Shown one piece after another: positions 1 to 13,980 of a DNA stretch of 64,000 nucleotides. The DNA is from Hydrolagus colliei. Lineage: Eukaryota. Position numbers and translations under genes: made by a program. The stretch lies in contig CM068749.1 in NCBI GenBank assembly GCA_035084275.1, forward strand, positions 15,252,001 to 15,316,000, given 5' to 3'. Within the stretch, counting starts at the first letter, position 1, and each line of letters starts with the position of its first letter. Under the pieces are notes generated by a model. It was given only the letters and a program-made list of their open reading frames with translations. It ran no database searches and was not told the origin of the DNA.

Positions 1-1674
1 AAAATCATCGATCACTTTGTTCCACTAAAGCCTTGTCAATCTGCGACTTTTGATGATATGAGTACTTTTGACAAATGTAAGCACTTTAAATATTGACTAT
101 GGAATACCCAACAAGGGTAAAATAATGTTAGCATTCACTAAAATGCAGTTCAAAATCATATTTGGCCATTCGGTTGAATCATCTTTCAGTTGATTCTTCT
201 GTTTGTGAAAGTACTGTCCGGGAAAGGTAACATCAGTAACAAAATGAGATTTTAACCAAAGGAATTGGCGTGTAATTGGTGATTGCCAGTTCAAGTTAAA
301 TGATTGGAGCAAGTCACACCTCATGACTCGTTGCTTACTCTGGTCATTTAGGTTTTGGACAGTGAATTGATTTACTTGTGAAAATCATTATTCAAATGTA
401 TAATGTTAGAAAAATAATAGATTGCTGCAGTGTTCAAATATGTTAATCATTATTATTAAGGCTGCTTTTTTTTGGATCAACTTTAAACTTTGTATGGAAT
501 CCCCATGTATTTAAAATGACAGGCTAATGTGTAAATGAGGTCTGACTGGTCTGATTTGTTATACAGGGATGAATTTGCAGGTATATTGAGAATATGGCAG
601 CAAATTCACAAGATTTGCTTTGGTTCAAATTCATCCATGCACTGAATACACACAATATTAACAGCATTATTACAAAACGTTCTGTGATTTACTAAATACA
701 CCCCAGCCTTCTCACAACTCTACTTTGAGTTAAAACCAGCCATGATAATTCACCAATAATCTTAGGTGAAGGCCTTGTTGTCAAACATGAACTGTTAGAG
801 TTGTGAATCATAGACAGTGCATAAGTCAAAAGCAAACATGTATCTGCTTTGCAGAAAGTAAACAAAGGGTCGAGTATTGTCTTATTATTATTCATTTAAT
901 GATTCTACAAGCTGTTCACATCACTGGTTTAAATTGACAATATTAATTGTATTTAATATGATTTTTACTGATGTAAGTTTTCAGTGATAAAGCCCTGTGG
1001 TGTTCCATTCTGTAATACAATATCGATTTATTATTTATTTTTCTTCTCAGTGTTATAAACAGTCTTACTTTAATGCAATATTGAAATTTCCTTTTTTGGG
1101 GGGCTATGATTTGACCATGAGAGCATGGTTCAATAACTTCAGTGTATTGTTTGACATCCACTAAGCCAAATAGCCTTATTGTTTATCTTTGGTAAAGGGT
1201 ATGCTAAACTTTTGTTTTGTAAAGTTATGAGCTAATACTGGAGTCTTCACTGAAATGTTCCAGCCCATTAATTTAATGCTTTACTGGCATTTTTTTAGAA
1301 TGAGTGGTTCATAATCGTATTGGTTATGTGTGGATTGCATCAAAGCATTTCATTTGAGATTGTGCTTTTTTATATTATGTACTTCTGAAGAAGTCTTTTT
1401 CCTTTTTTACTGATGTAACAAAAATCTAATGAATTTTTAATAACGCCCCAAAAAATGACTAAACCTACTTCACCATTGCTATTTTTAATTATTACCATGA
1501 TTGATGTGTTCATAAACCAAATGAAAAGGTTTGTTTATTGGAAATTAACCGCTTCGAACAATAAAAGGATTCTTTTGAAACTCAGATTTGTGGAGCGGAA
1601 TGTAGCAAATAAAATGCATTTTTGCATTTCTAGAAACCGAAATGTTTTCTTGCAAATCATCGTCAGTTTGAATT

Positions 1675-1822
1675 AATAATGATGATAATCCTTGCTTTTG
1701 AGATAGCGCGTTATCATGTCTTTGAGATGTTTCAAAGTGCTTCACGGAATATAAAGTAAAGTGAGTTGACTGTATATTTTGTGAGTTGTAGCATGAGCAG
1801 TTACAAAACAAATTGGTGCATA
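1675..1822 (-). mobile_element. SINE 3' fragment
   Basis: Family tail on -. Similar tail-only fragments lie at about 4065-4180(+), 15400-15550(+), 22250-22400(-), 30780-30935(-), 53425-53540(-), 56020-56350(-) and 57170-57265(-). Confidence 0.75.
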
Positions 1823-2541
1823 ATCTCTGGTACAGTACTTGTGTCAGAATACCTAGCCTGCTACAAGCTGAGAAAGGAACAAGTCCACAGTGCCTAAGAG
1901 TTAGGTTCAAACACTTCAAACAAATGTTGAGGATTTTCCACCTAGAAATATTCACTGGAGTCTGAATTGCAAGATTTGCAAAATGCTTTGTATTTTGCTT
2001 GTGATGAATGTGACGGAATGAATGGTTGATGAGGAAGGAGGGGGAGTGAGGCTTCCTGCAATCCGGGCACAATGTTTGAACTGCAGTCATATTCTATATT
2101 GCAGCCTATAATCTAAAATAGTGTTATTGGGTATCAATCATATCATGTTAAATGGGAATGGTATAAACCCCACGTATTCTGCATAGAGCAGCTATGATAG
2201 CCAGTAAGTAATGCTGTATAAATATTTCTGCAAATGAGTCACCCATGAAATTGGCTGTGCTCAATGTCAGAGTGTAGATCCCAATTACACTTCCATCACT
2301 GAGCAGTTAACATTTATGTTACAACTTAGAAAATCAAACCTGGATGCTAGTACAATGATAGCAGGTGAGTTTTGTCTTCTTTTGTTTTACTGGATGAAAA
2401 TAGTCCCAAATATAATTTCTCTGGCCTTTTCCATATATGAAGCTTTTAAATGTGCGAAGCTTTATGAAGATATAAGCCACCAATGCTACGAGAGAGCTTC
2501 AATCAGACCGCTATACTTGACTGATTGATTTTGACACTGAG

Positions 2542-2792
2542 AAATAATAATAATCCTTGCGTTTGATATAGCGCCTCATCACATCTTTTTGACATCTCAA
2601 AGCACTTCACAGAACATAGTGTGAAGTGAATTGACTGTTTTGTTGGTGAAACGCGGCAGCCAATTGCACAAGGAAATGTCCCACAAACATTCGTGGATTG
2701 AGTGAACCAACGCTTTGCCCTGCTCGTGAATCAAACCCAGGTCCTCGCACTTGTGAGGCAATTGCTCTAACCACTAAATTACAGGACTCCAC
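2542..2792 (-). mobile_element. tRNA-derived SINE, short-body variant
   Basis: Minus strand GTGGAGTCCTGTAATTTAGTGGTTAGAGC...GGGTTTGATTC head, AATTGGCTGCC core, L2-type tail and (ATT)n. Confidence 0.85.
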
Positions 2793-5700
2793 TCAGAGTA
2801 AAGAATACAAATCATTAAGAATTTTTTTTTTTTTGTAACTTTGATAAAGAAATCGTTTAATGAAGTATACATATTTATTTTGTACCATGTGATACTATAA
2901 ATCTTTTAAACTCTTATACAATACTGCAATTTTTGATCAGATCATTAGGTGGAGCACTTTGTATAAATGGATATTTCTTCTCTGGGGAGGAAAACACTGA
3001 CATTCTCTGCTGGTAAATAACACCATTTATAGAAAGTCTGGGAGGATTGACTGCCTCTGGACAGGTTAGAAAGAACTAACAGTCTTGTAAAGAGAAAAAT
3101 AGATAAAAACAAGCTAATTCTCTTTCAGCACAATTATGGTAATAGAATTGAAATATATTCTAGTTTTAGTATATTCAGAATAATCTCCCATGTTTGACTC
3201 ATACAGATGATAGTGAACAAATCGAAGGTCTTGTTCTTGTTCACCATCACATGAAGCATTTCCGTCCATGGATTAATTTAACTTCTGAATGTGAAATAGC
3301 TAAAACCCATTGAATAGCCTAACATTCAGCCACTGTTGTCAGTCACTGAGAATTGATAATCACATGCATGATATGAAACAGAAATAGTAAAACCAATTTA
3401 GCATGTCAACAAATGAAAGAAAGGTTTAATTTTAAATTTTAGAACTAATTTACCCTTTTACTGTACTTTAAAGCTATATGCCTGAAGCAGTTAAAATTTG
3501 TCTTAGTGATTGAATCAATATTCCAATTATCTGACTCCAACCAAATATAATTCAAAGCTTTAAAAATTACAGTTGGTAATATTTCTGATGTACTTTTAAG
3601 TTGGAATAAAAGTAATGCAAATATCTGTCAAAATGATACTGTGCCTTGGTAGATTGAAAAACAATCAAATGTTAATAGCAAAATAATGGCATTGCAGAGA
3701 AATTGGATTTCCAGGTTATTTTTAGTCCGATTAGATTTGAAATGCATCAGTCTGATTAATGGAAAGAAAATGCAAGTAATACTAAGGAATTAGCAGTGCA
3801 TTCTGTAATTTACTAATGCATAGTTGAACAGGATTGGCATGTGCCATCGTACAGGTTGGCAATAAAGACCAAAATAAAATCAGTTCCATGATTTTTACGA
3901 ATTAATCTTGTCATCTAATGTTCTTGAAAATCAGACTTGTCACCACAAAGTGTGTTCACCTTATATTTTTGTGGAAAGTTGTTAGTTGTCGTAATGGATT
4001 TGAAGATGTAAATAACATAAACACCACTTTCATAATTTGAGTTTTCATGACTGTTTAACCATGACTTTTATCTACAAACATACACAGTTATGAGACAGTG
4101 AATCACTCAAAGCACTTTCTTTGCAACATCAAACATGAAAGACTATGTCAAATGCAAGGACTGTTATTCCTATTATTGTAACACCTATTGTTTGTGTATA
4201 GTGTATTTTGTACAGTGTTGAATTGAGAACGTTTGCAACAGTGGAGGCAGAAGTATTTTTTGGAAGGAAATATATTAAAAAATGTTTGTATTGTTCACTT
4301 CTGCAGAGGTTTTCCTGTTGCCTGTGCTTTCATTGGAAAAAAAAGTATTTGTCAAAGAGGAATTAACAGTGATAACTGATTGAAATGAATCAAGACTAAT
4401 ATTTTATACACAGGAGAAGTTCCTTAAAACTAAAGTATTTCTTTTTGTGGCTGTGGAATTTTAACTGCTAATGTAAGACATTTTTTGGTACTAAAATATT
4501 CTATTAGCAGCAATGTATAAGAGACTGCCTTTCACCACAGAGGTAAAAGCTTTTGTGCTATATCTCAAGAGTGAAATATGGTACTGTTTTTGCAGCTTTT
4601 GTAGAATTCTGGTGAAACACATTTCTAGATTTGAGCAAGAGTATCCTTGTGTATTTCTATGAGTTTATTTGATGCTGAAATAGAAAGGAGAAGCTTAATC
4701 ATATTTTCATTGCTGTTGAGCTGAAGAAGTAACTTTTAGCTGTTAGATTGAACGGAAAGCCGCTCGCTCATAATATTTTTCCAATTTTAAACTGAAGTCA
4801 CACTTGGGCAGCATGATATCTATGTACATTGCGATAACTGTAGCTTTGGATGGTCTTCTTAACACAGTATCAGGCTCTGCCTTTTTCTACAGCTTCAAGT
4901 TGTTAGAGCTACATTGTTCTTTTTTACAGATGTACCAGATTGTAACTTTCATTTGAACTTTTATTACTGAGTAACTTTCAAATGTATATATTACTCATTG
5001 TTGTTTTTTTTCTACTCTATCTAATGCATTGATCCTACAACCTTAACTTTCCTTCCTGGTGTGGTTATTTTTTCAATTTTCTACAATCTAAAAGACTGTC
5101 AATCGCTGTCCAATAATAATAAAAATGAAAATTGAAAATGTTTTATTCATTTTTTTCTCTGCTTCACTCATCTGCCCGTAGTTTCCTAACAATGCAATTG
5201 TTGTCCTGGATTTTAAAAACAAATTAGCAACACAGTCAACTGGCTGAACTCAATATTGAAAATCTGCTCTCAGATTCTTTCTAAAGGAAATATATGTTGC
5301 TCTTACTGTTATTTGTCTACAGAAATAACCTACTACACAAACAATTCTCATTTTGTGCAAAATCTACAAACATTTCCTACATAAAATTTTCAACATTATT
5401 TGGTGAGAAAATAACTATACTGTGTGCCTTCTCCACACATTTCTGCTCAGATCAATCCTACTTGCCATAATGCACAAGGAAATGGAAAATGATAGAAAGG
5501 GCATGGTTTTCTAGATTCTGCATTTCCATAGCATCAACAAATAGTCTTATTACCAATGTATTTGTGATGGGAAATACATTAGGTTTTACAAAATACATCT
5601 TCTCACATCCAGCCAGAATAAAATATACTCTTAAGATTATTCATCACCCAACTATCTACATATATTAACAAATATCGAAACAACTGGGTGCCTCTTCCTA

Positions 5701-7638
5701 AGAAGCAGATGATACAAAATAAGTTTCTTTGGTTCACATTCTACAACACCCAAATTAAAATGTGTTGAATATTGTGCAATGTGAAAGATCTGAGTATCAT
5801 CTCACTTATGGCTAGCCAGGTCTCTGCAATATCGTCTCTGCTGATAATTCCCAAAATAAGAAGCATTATCTACAACTGCTGTACTATTGAAAAGATTCAT
5901 GTAGCTATGAAAATAATACCCATATTATTTGGAAACATTAAATCTAATGTTTAAAGAATGAGCCCATTGCATTTTTACTCTAGACATGACCACCCACCCA
6001 CCTTTAATCTCTAAGGCTTGGTATAAAGTATAGAGTGCTCTTGTGTCTAGTTAATAAAATTTGTTTTTCAATGCTTCTTCCCCCTAACCCACAAATGAGT
6101 TGCCACCATGGCCAAAAGGTCATTTGGGAAACTTTAGTTCTAAGCCCTCTGAAGTGTTTTGTTAGGGGAAGCAGCTGTGCACATTAAGAATGTCGAGTCA
6201 GGAATAGAATCTGAATATATTGATTAAATATAGTGTTCAGTCATGCCTCCATTTCTGACGCATTGTACAATCAGTGATTCCACTTCAACTACCCCGTTAG
6301 GTATTTATTGTACTGCCTTAAGTACAAAATGGGATAAATCATTTAACGTTCATGAGCCTTGCACAATACATAGAATAGAATTAGCTTCTTTCTATCCAGA
6401 TGAGCCATTCTCTGAGACAAGATAATAATATGGTATCAACTCTTTTGGGTTACCTAGCTCCTTGTTGAATTCTCCATTTTATGGTAAATGGTACTCATTC
6501 ATTTGACCTTATCGAGTCTGAATTTTGAAGGAAAACACACATGAAAAACAGATTGATTATTGACAGAAGTGTTAAGAGCAGCTCTATGCATGATCAGAAT
6601 GTTAATGAAATGATGTATTGCTATTCTAGACAGTGTACAACACCGCCTACTCTTCTCTAACGCTATTGATCTCAGGCTATATTGCTGTACTCCGCAAGTC
6701 CAATGCAATGGGTGGCCACATAATTTTGAGTATCTGTTCAGATAAGTTCTACACTCTAACGTTTGGTGTGTTCGGTGGTACTGTACTAACGATTGTGAAA
6801 GCAACAGATCCCTTTGCTACAGTTTATTTTTAACCCAGTTGCAGAAATTAACAGAATGTTATAGGGTGCTTTCTATTATATGGGTGAACAAAGTCCTTTC
6901 TATAGCCCAATATTCTAAAGGTCCTAAGCCTCCACTTGCTTAATTTTTCTATTTAAAATACACAATCCCAAATTACATTTTATAGTGCCTTTCATGTCGA
7001 GAGGACGTCTCAAGGAGCTCAATAAATCTGGCTTCTACCTTCAACCTACCTCTGTGATTCCTTTGTAAGAGCCATTCAGATTCCATTTACAGTAATTATT
7101 AAGACTTGCTCCTCATACAGATATATAACAGATAATATGGCAAACATCAATGATTCCAAACTATGAATACCTTGGTTCCACTGCTTTATGTAATTAACAT
7201 GCTGGGATGATTTTTTTAGCATGTGGATGCTGTTCAGTTATATGAAAGCTAATCAATCCCCATGTGGCAAAAAGCATACTGAAAGTGCAGGACCCAAAAG
7301 TCGTGATATCTACCCTATTTATTTTTTTAAAAAACAGAGTTTCTCTAAGACATATTAGACATTGTAATGTACCATGACTTTTTGATCACCCTGTATTATA
7401 CTTTACTCTGCAGTAATTCAATGAGAGCAGAATTAAATGGGCTCTTATAATCTGATCCTGCACTCTGTGTCTTTATTTCAATTGCCAATGGCATTTTATG
7501 AATAGTTAGCCTGACTGGCTCCCAGTAAAAAAGCTACATTATTAGATTCAATTTCTTTCTCTCAAGGCTGAGGGCAGCTGGGACCACAGTAGCATCTGCT
7601 GCTGCTGCAATAAGACACTGAAAGCAAAGTTAGTTGAG

Positions 7639-7925
7639 AACAACAACAACAACAATTTACATTTATATAGCGCCTTTCACGTCGGGAGGACGTCCCAAGG
7701 CGCTAAACAAGAGGCGTGTGGCCCGAGCTGGGAGGGGAGTGTTTGGGAAGGGGTGAAACACGAAGGGGAGGTAAAAGAGTTCGGGGTGGAACAAAAGGCA
7801 CGATCGAAGAGGAAAGTCTTCAAATCAGCCTTGAAAGAGGAAAGGGAAGAGGCGAAACGGAGGGATTGAGGGATGGCATTCCATAAGGTGGGAGCGGAGA
7901 AAAAAAAACTGACTGACGCAGAAAC
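7639..7925 (-). mobile_element. L2 LINE 3' end
   Basis: Minus strand FSAPTLWNAIPQSLRFASSLSSFKADLKTFLFDRAF (L2 ORF2 C-terminus), then a 3' stem-loop and a (TTG)n tail. Confidence 0.88.
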
Positions 7926-10900
7926 TATATAGGTGGCATTGATGCTAGAATGAGAAATCAGCAGTGCCACCTTCTCAGGCTGTGTCCTATAATACTCAAG
8001 AGTGAGAGAGAGAGAGCAACCATAACGTAATACTTTTTCCACTGGATTCATGCCAGAAAGCCTTCAAAACACTCAAGAAAACTTTACAGACGGAGAGGGC
8101 CTCAAAAATGGCTCTGGAGACCAAAAATGCAAGTTGAACCATCAGTATATGAATGTTTGTATTACTACCACAATCTCTGCGGAGAAAGCCTTATATTTTT
8201 CTTTTTCGACTTCATCTTTGATTTCTGCTACATCAAAAGTTCCACTTCTCTCAAGCAAAATCTGAAACTTAACAGGTGTCTAAAAATGTCACAGTTTACT
8301 TCAATAGGATTTCCTTCAGGTATTCCTGATGGCTGTAACCTAGTTCCAATACTATAGGTTCAGGAACAACCTTGATTATTTTTTCAGTAAGGTGCTGTCG
8401 ATATACTGTATGTTTTTGTCAAAGAGAAATTGTTTGATGTCATCGGGCAACAAGTGTGGGAATATCTTGAAGGGTAGGAAAATCTCTGACTAGATTTTTC
8501 AGAATTTTAATTTAAGTATTGGGCTGCTAATATTATTCATGGGGGAAGAAAGAAGACAAAGAAGATGTTGTACAAGTAACCTTGGGATGTAAAGCAAATA
8601 CTGTATGCAATTGTTATTGAAATGAACAAGAGAAAAGGAAACAAAATAGTGCTTGGATTTGCACTTACTGCAGGATTCAACTTTAGTGGATGGAGGAGGT
8701 AACCACTGCAGTAACAGTTTCAGTTGCTCTGTTCTATTATAGATCAATTTATGAAAATACACATGAAAAACTTATTAATACAATAATGTTTTGAAGAAAA
8801 TGTATTTGTGCTGCCTCTTTGGTTAAATGATGCAACTCTAGCGTGGTGGTGTGGGCAATGGTGTTCTGTTGCACTGCACGGTAGAATATAAACACATGAG
8901 TTATGTGTTTAGAAATGCCATTTAAATTGAATATATCAAAATTTGTAAAGATCTGCTGGTACCATTGCTAAATATATCTCTTAAATTTATTTGCATAAAC
9001 TGAGGAACATTTTATAAGAAAGCTGGGGAATGCATTCAATTTTGTTATTCAGTTATGAAATACTAATGTGCATAACATTATCCACACCTCACGGTACAAT
9101 GTTTAAATATTTAAAAATGGTAAAAGTAATAGATTGATGTGCCATAATTTCTGAAATGAATCTATGGTCTGAGCAGCAAACCATGAATATTTACAAAATC
9201 TACTTTCTCTTAATAGAACCAATCATATTTTGGACATAAACTGCATTGATAGCCCTCATTACTTCCTAAAGTTCTGTTTAAAGAGTTGATTTGGAAAAAT
9301 TGATCATTCAAGGACTTTAAAAAAATATATTACTGAAGATATAGGAAAGGTTTGTTAAAATATTATTGAACTATATGCATGAATAGAGCCTTGCATATCT
9401 GTGGTTGTGTTTTTGCATTATGCCCTCCCTCCTCCCTCTTTTAACAATCTTTCACTGATTTACCAGGGATTTTCTACACCTGTTGCATTGAGCAGCTCAG
9501 GTGACATACAACAACTTATTCCCAGTTAGCAGTAACTCATGCATGTGTGACCCAGAATGGCTTGCTCTGTGAGTTTCACCAGCTTTCGTGGAAACATTTA
9601 ACTTCTTTGGGGAAATGCAAGCACAATACAAACCCTGACAGCCTTGGCGTGGATTATTTTACTCAAGTTAAATGTGAAAGAAATCTAAAGAAATCCATGT
9701 GTTGATTCATCACTTTTGATGTCAAAAACCGAGCGAGGTAACAATAAAAAAGGCCAACAATATACTGGACTATAATGCTAAATCAGTTGAGTTTAGACAC
9801 TTACAGATGTTCAAAATCTTATGTACCACTGTACATTTCATCTCAATTGCTGAGCAATTTTAGAGCAGGATGAGGCTTGATAAGTGCCACATGTTGAGAA
9901 CATGGGGTTTTCGTTGGATTTCTCCTTGTATCAAATGTTAAATACTCTGTGTGACACTAAACACATTATCCATGATCAACTTTGATGCTGCTGACTTATT
10001 GCCAGTGTCATGACAGGAGATATTTATCATTAACTGAACACTCTTTGTAATTTTGAAAATGTAAGGTAATGCAGACTGTTGCCAAAACTGGCAGATGTGT
10101 ATATAGAGTGAGCAGAAAATAATTAAATGAAGTGCAGTGGCAATAAGGCTTCGTTGGGGGCATTTGTTGCTTAAATATTAAAACTGTTGTTTTATGGTAC
10201 CTATTGCCAAGTCAGAGAGAGTTTCACCTTCTGGAAATAGAGTTGTAAATCAAAGCAGCTAATACCAACCGAAATCAAGGAGAAGGTGAAATATTCTAAT
10301 GAGGTCCCACATGCAGGGCAAGTTGGATGAGCCTCATGGGATTTTCTCATTTCTATCTTGGTATTTGAAAAATACATAGTTGGAAAGCTGTTCAGTGTGT
10401 ATAAAAACACACTTAATGACGACACATCTAAATTCTGTGCATGTATTATATTTGCTATTTCCCTGCTGCCCGTGGTGTAAATGTATACGATTTAACGGCA
10501 AACATTCATAAATTATTTCGTGAAGGTCCTCAGGTCAAAGTTAAAAATTAAATCTGTCTCGGAGTATAGTCACGCTTAGCTTATGCAGAAACTATAGCTA
10601 ATGAGTATAGAATAATTGTCCACCATGCAACAATAGCTGTTCAACAATACTAATAATTACACATATAGGACGTTTCAATGTTGTATTTATTCCTGAGTTT
10701 CAATGACACTAATATAACCAGGCACACATAACGTGGCGTTAATGAATAAGAAATAAAGATTTGAATGTTTGGAAGTTCCTACATGAGATAAAAAGTAAAA
10801 CAGATTCAACATTAGAATCTGTCAACATATTCCCACCCCTACTCCACTAAAATCACTGCTCAGATATGGAATACTTAAATTGGTGAGTTTCGCATCAGAC

Positions 10901-11799
10901 AGTCTGATCTGCAGACCCTCTTCTATCTTGCGTAGAGACTCTTCAGATTTGTAGACTTTCACCTCCTTTTATCTTGTTTAACTGATGCATTTGCAGCATA
11001 TGGAGTTTAAATGTGTAGCATATGGTGTTTTGAATACAGACTTCTCAACGTACTCTGACCAGGCAGTAACATTGAAGTATGTTTGCAGACTGCTGCATTA
11101 TTGTCAGACACGAATCTCAGAACCATCTTATTATTATAAATTTCCCATTTTAATTGGCTCTTAACATAAACTAAGAACTTGATGTTTTCAACAGCACTGT
11201 CCCCAAGCACTATTTTCTTCTTGCTCTGTTGTGAGGAAAATTTAACTTCTTTATTAATTGGATGAAATGTCCTTGTCCATTTTTTTCTTGCATTCCTATT
11301 TTTGCATACGTTTTACATGACAGAAGGGCATTCACCTCTTTAATGTAGGTGTGATGCATAATTTAGCTGAAAGTTGGTTGGATTATTTGGTGTTATAAAG
11401 TGTTGTCCTCACCACGTGAACTTAAAATAGCATTTAGAAAAGCAGGATGGATGTACTACAGTAAGAAGATAATAATAATAATAAGATAACAAAAAGATTA
11501 ACAAAGTAAACTTCTAAATCTCAAAATAGCAGTTGCCATGGAATTTTCTGTTAGATTGTTACATTTTACTAACTTTAATAATTTCCACATAATAATCGCA
11601 CAAAAACAAGAAAAATATATAACCAGGTCAATTCCATTAAACTCCAATTGCATGCACTCCTTTATATTTTTCTGCTGTTGTATTAAAATTATCCTGATTA
11701 TCAGTTTTGTTTGTTAATTATCAATTATCCTACGTCAATTTTCTCCCCCAACCCCAGCATCATGGCACCTGGGACAATGCACCAAAGTGGAGTAATCTG

Positions 11800-13980
11800 C
11801 CAGATGGCTTGAAAAGGGTGAAGGAAATATTTCCTACAACTAATCTTCTTCTCAACTTATGGTTTGTTTTATAATGAATGTGGCCTTTGGAGAGCCATTT
11901 CTCACATCTGTATGAATGTGTCACATTTTTCTGTTGTTTATTATACACCAGGCACTTTTTCACAGTGCGATTTCCTCTCTAGTGAATAATTCTGAAATAT
12001 GTTCCTTGTTTCTAAGCACTAAATCTTGGGTGAATAAGGTCTTTATTCAAACGGCTATCTTTTTGATCTGTCCCAAGCATCACTCCGCTGAGCCTTCCAC
12101 AATTCCCAAGATTGGGACAAATTTATTTTAAAATATTAGTTAACATTTCAAATACTTGGATCTAAAATACATGTGTATCAGTTCATGAAACTCAGGGGTA
12201 CAATTTTCTCACTGGTGATGAATTGCCGTCATGGCTATGATTTCCCCCGTCTCTGAATGGAGACACACAATATTCTGCATTTTAGAACAATTCTACCACA
12301 ATAGAGCCAAGGCCAGTAAAAACCTGGTCTTTTGTCCAGCATAACAGATAAATTCATCTCCCTGGGTGAGCAGTAACATGATTAGACCGTAATTTCAATG
12401 GAATTTGAGTGCAGTCACAAAGAGATTACCAACTGAACCAATGTAGGTACTCCTGTTTCTTAACTCAATTTAACCACTCCCTATGTGGAATAACTCCCCA
12501 CTGTTTACAAGGAATGGTTGAAAAATTAGCTATCACCATATGTTTTGTCTGCTTGGGAGGTTGTTGCACATGTAAAATTGGTAAATTACAACAGCTAGGG
12601 GGGAATTATCGAGTTTGTCCTTTTGGAATATTTTTTATATTGTCGATAATGTACCTGTTCCCACCCAGACAGGAACCAGTATCAAATATTCCAGAAGTAT
12701 ATGTGCACTCCGGTATGCTCAATCTCCTCCCAGTTTTATACAGCAAAGTATACAGTGCATGATTACACATACAGTTGTGGGAAGATACTGCTTAAATTTA
12801 TCATTTAATGTGTTATCGATAGAGTAAATTTCCAAAAATGCAGATTTAAAACCTGGCAGGTGATTTAAGGCTGTTGAAAGAGAGAACAGAGGAATATTCA
12901 TAGTTTTAGAAAGATAACTTTAGTAGTTCAAGGAACTCACATATTTAAGGAAGGCACAACTTGAGTTGCATGAACTATTTATGAACAGAAATAACAGAAG
13001 TTTATTTTGGTGACAGACAAATGGACGTAAAGCAATCAGTCTCAGAAAAAGATGAAATTGTATTTTCTCAAGAAAAATCAATTATAAAAAGTACATAGAA
13101 ATCCTTTGAAAAAAAACTGCTGCCCACATAATCCTACCATTTATACTGCTTATAATGACATTGATGTTCTTCCAGGTTGTCAATACTGAATTGTTGCTTT
13201 GTCACTTTCTCCTTATCTTTCTGCCTTTAGTGTGTAATTTTATTAATTTTAGTGTACGAAAAATACTTTAAACAGATAAATCCATCCATCTTCCTCTGGG
13301 TAGTTCGTCTCTGTGCTTTCTAGGCTACTAAGTTGCGCACTTACCAAACATTGAAATAACTCACCTCCTGTGCAAATAGATCTAATTTGCATGCGCCACA
13401 GACCCTAGAAACATGGAACAATATTTTATAGATCAGTTTAAAATTCTGTGTAATAATAGACCCCCAGGTACTATAGTGAAACAAAATCAGAAATTCTGGT
13501 CTAGGAATCAAATTTCTGAAATTATACAGCCCAAAGGTTCCGGCAACTTGATGCTCTTCTGAGCAAGTCCATTATTTAATATTTCAAATGTATAATGCAG
13601 CCTGAAGCAAATCATGGTTTCTATCATGTTACCAGGCCAGCTGTTAAAATTCTCAGATGGAACTCCAGCAAATCTAGAAGTGATAGATGGAATCTGCCAC
13701 CTTTTAATTTTCATAAGACTATGAAGTGCTGCTGCGAAGGAGTAATTGTGATGAGGCAGGAGACAAGGCATCGTTCATCTTTTGAGTGTTTTTTTTAGAA
13801 AAGCTACAGAGCCTTCACAACTTCCTCCTCTGTAATCTACTCGGAGTCTGCAATCACCACCATCTGTATGCAATGCTATTTAGACAAAAATGCAAGGATG
13901 ATTGTCTATACAGATTCTTCTCTAATTATTTTGCTTCACATCATGCTCCAGTTTTCTTTAACAAATTCTATAGATTTTAG
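11800..13980 (-). mobile_element. Highly decayed L1/Tx1-like LINE ORF2
   Basis: Minus-strand pieces in the expected order: ITEEEVVKAL, KIKRW/LSLLD..RIL, FASGC..IMDLL..FQKFDS, YLGVYY..LWRMQIRSICTGGELFQCLVSAQL, LPGFKSAFLE, CTQIPLKLR, MLTNILK..VMLG. Many stops and frameshifts; aligned by eye. Confidence 0.5.

Noticed and set aside
1545-2090. 181-aa ORF on -
   Set aside because: No domain similarity; it reads through a SINE tail (the recurrent VKHFETS peptide).
5100-8800. Possible further ancient LINE remnants (IAETWL near 5820, LLPDDIKQ near 8440; similar hints at 15550-15950, 41760-41850 and 53600-54400)
   Set aside because: Single short motifs without enough colinear support to call by eye; they need a translated repeat search.
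10800-10960. Minus-strand CTGAAGA...CGAAAC with internal hairpins as a hammerhead ribozyme
   Set aside because: Stem II closing pairs are poor and no credible stem I could be formed.
12660-12700. FDTGS aspartic-protease-like motif on -
   Set aside because: Isolated, in a stop-ridden frame inside the decayed LINE-like region, with no supporting protease or LTR context.
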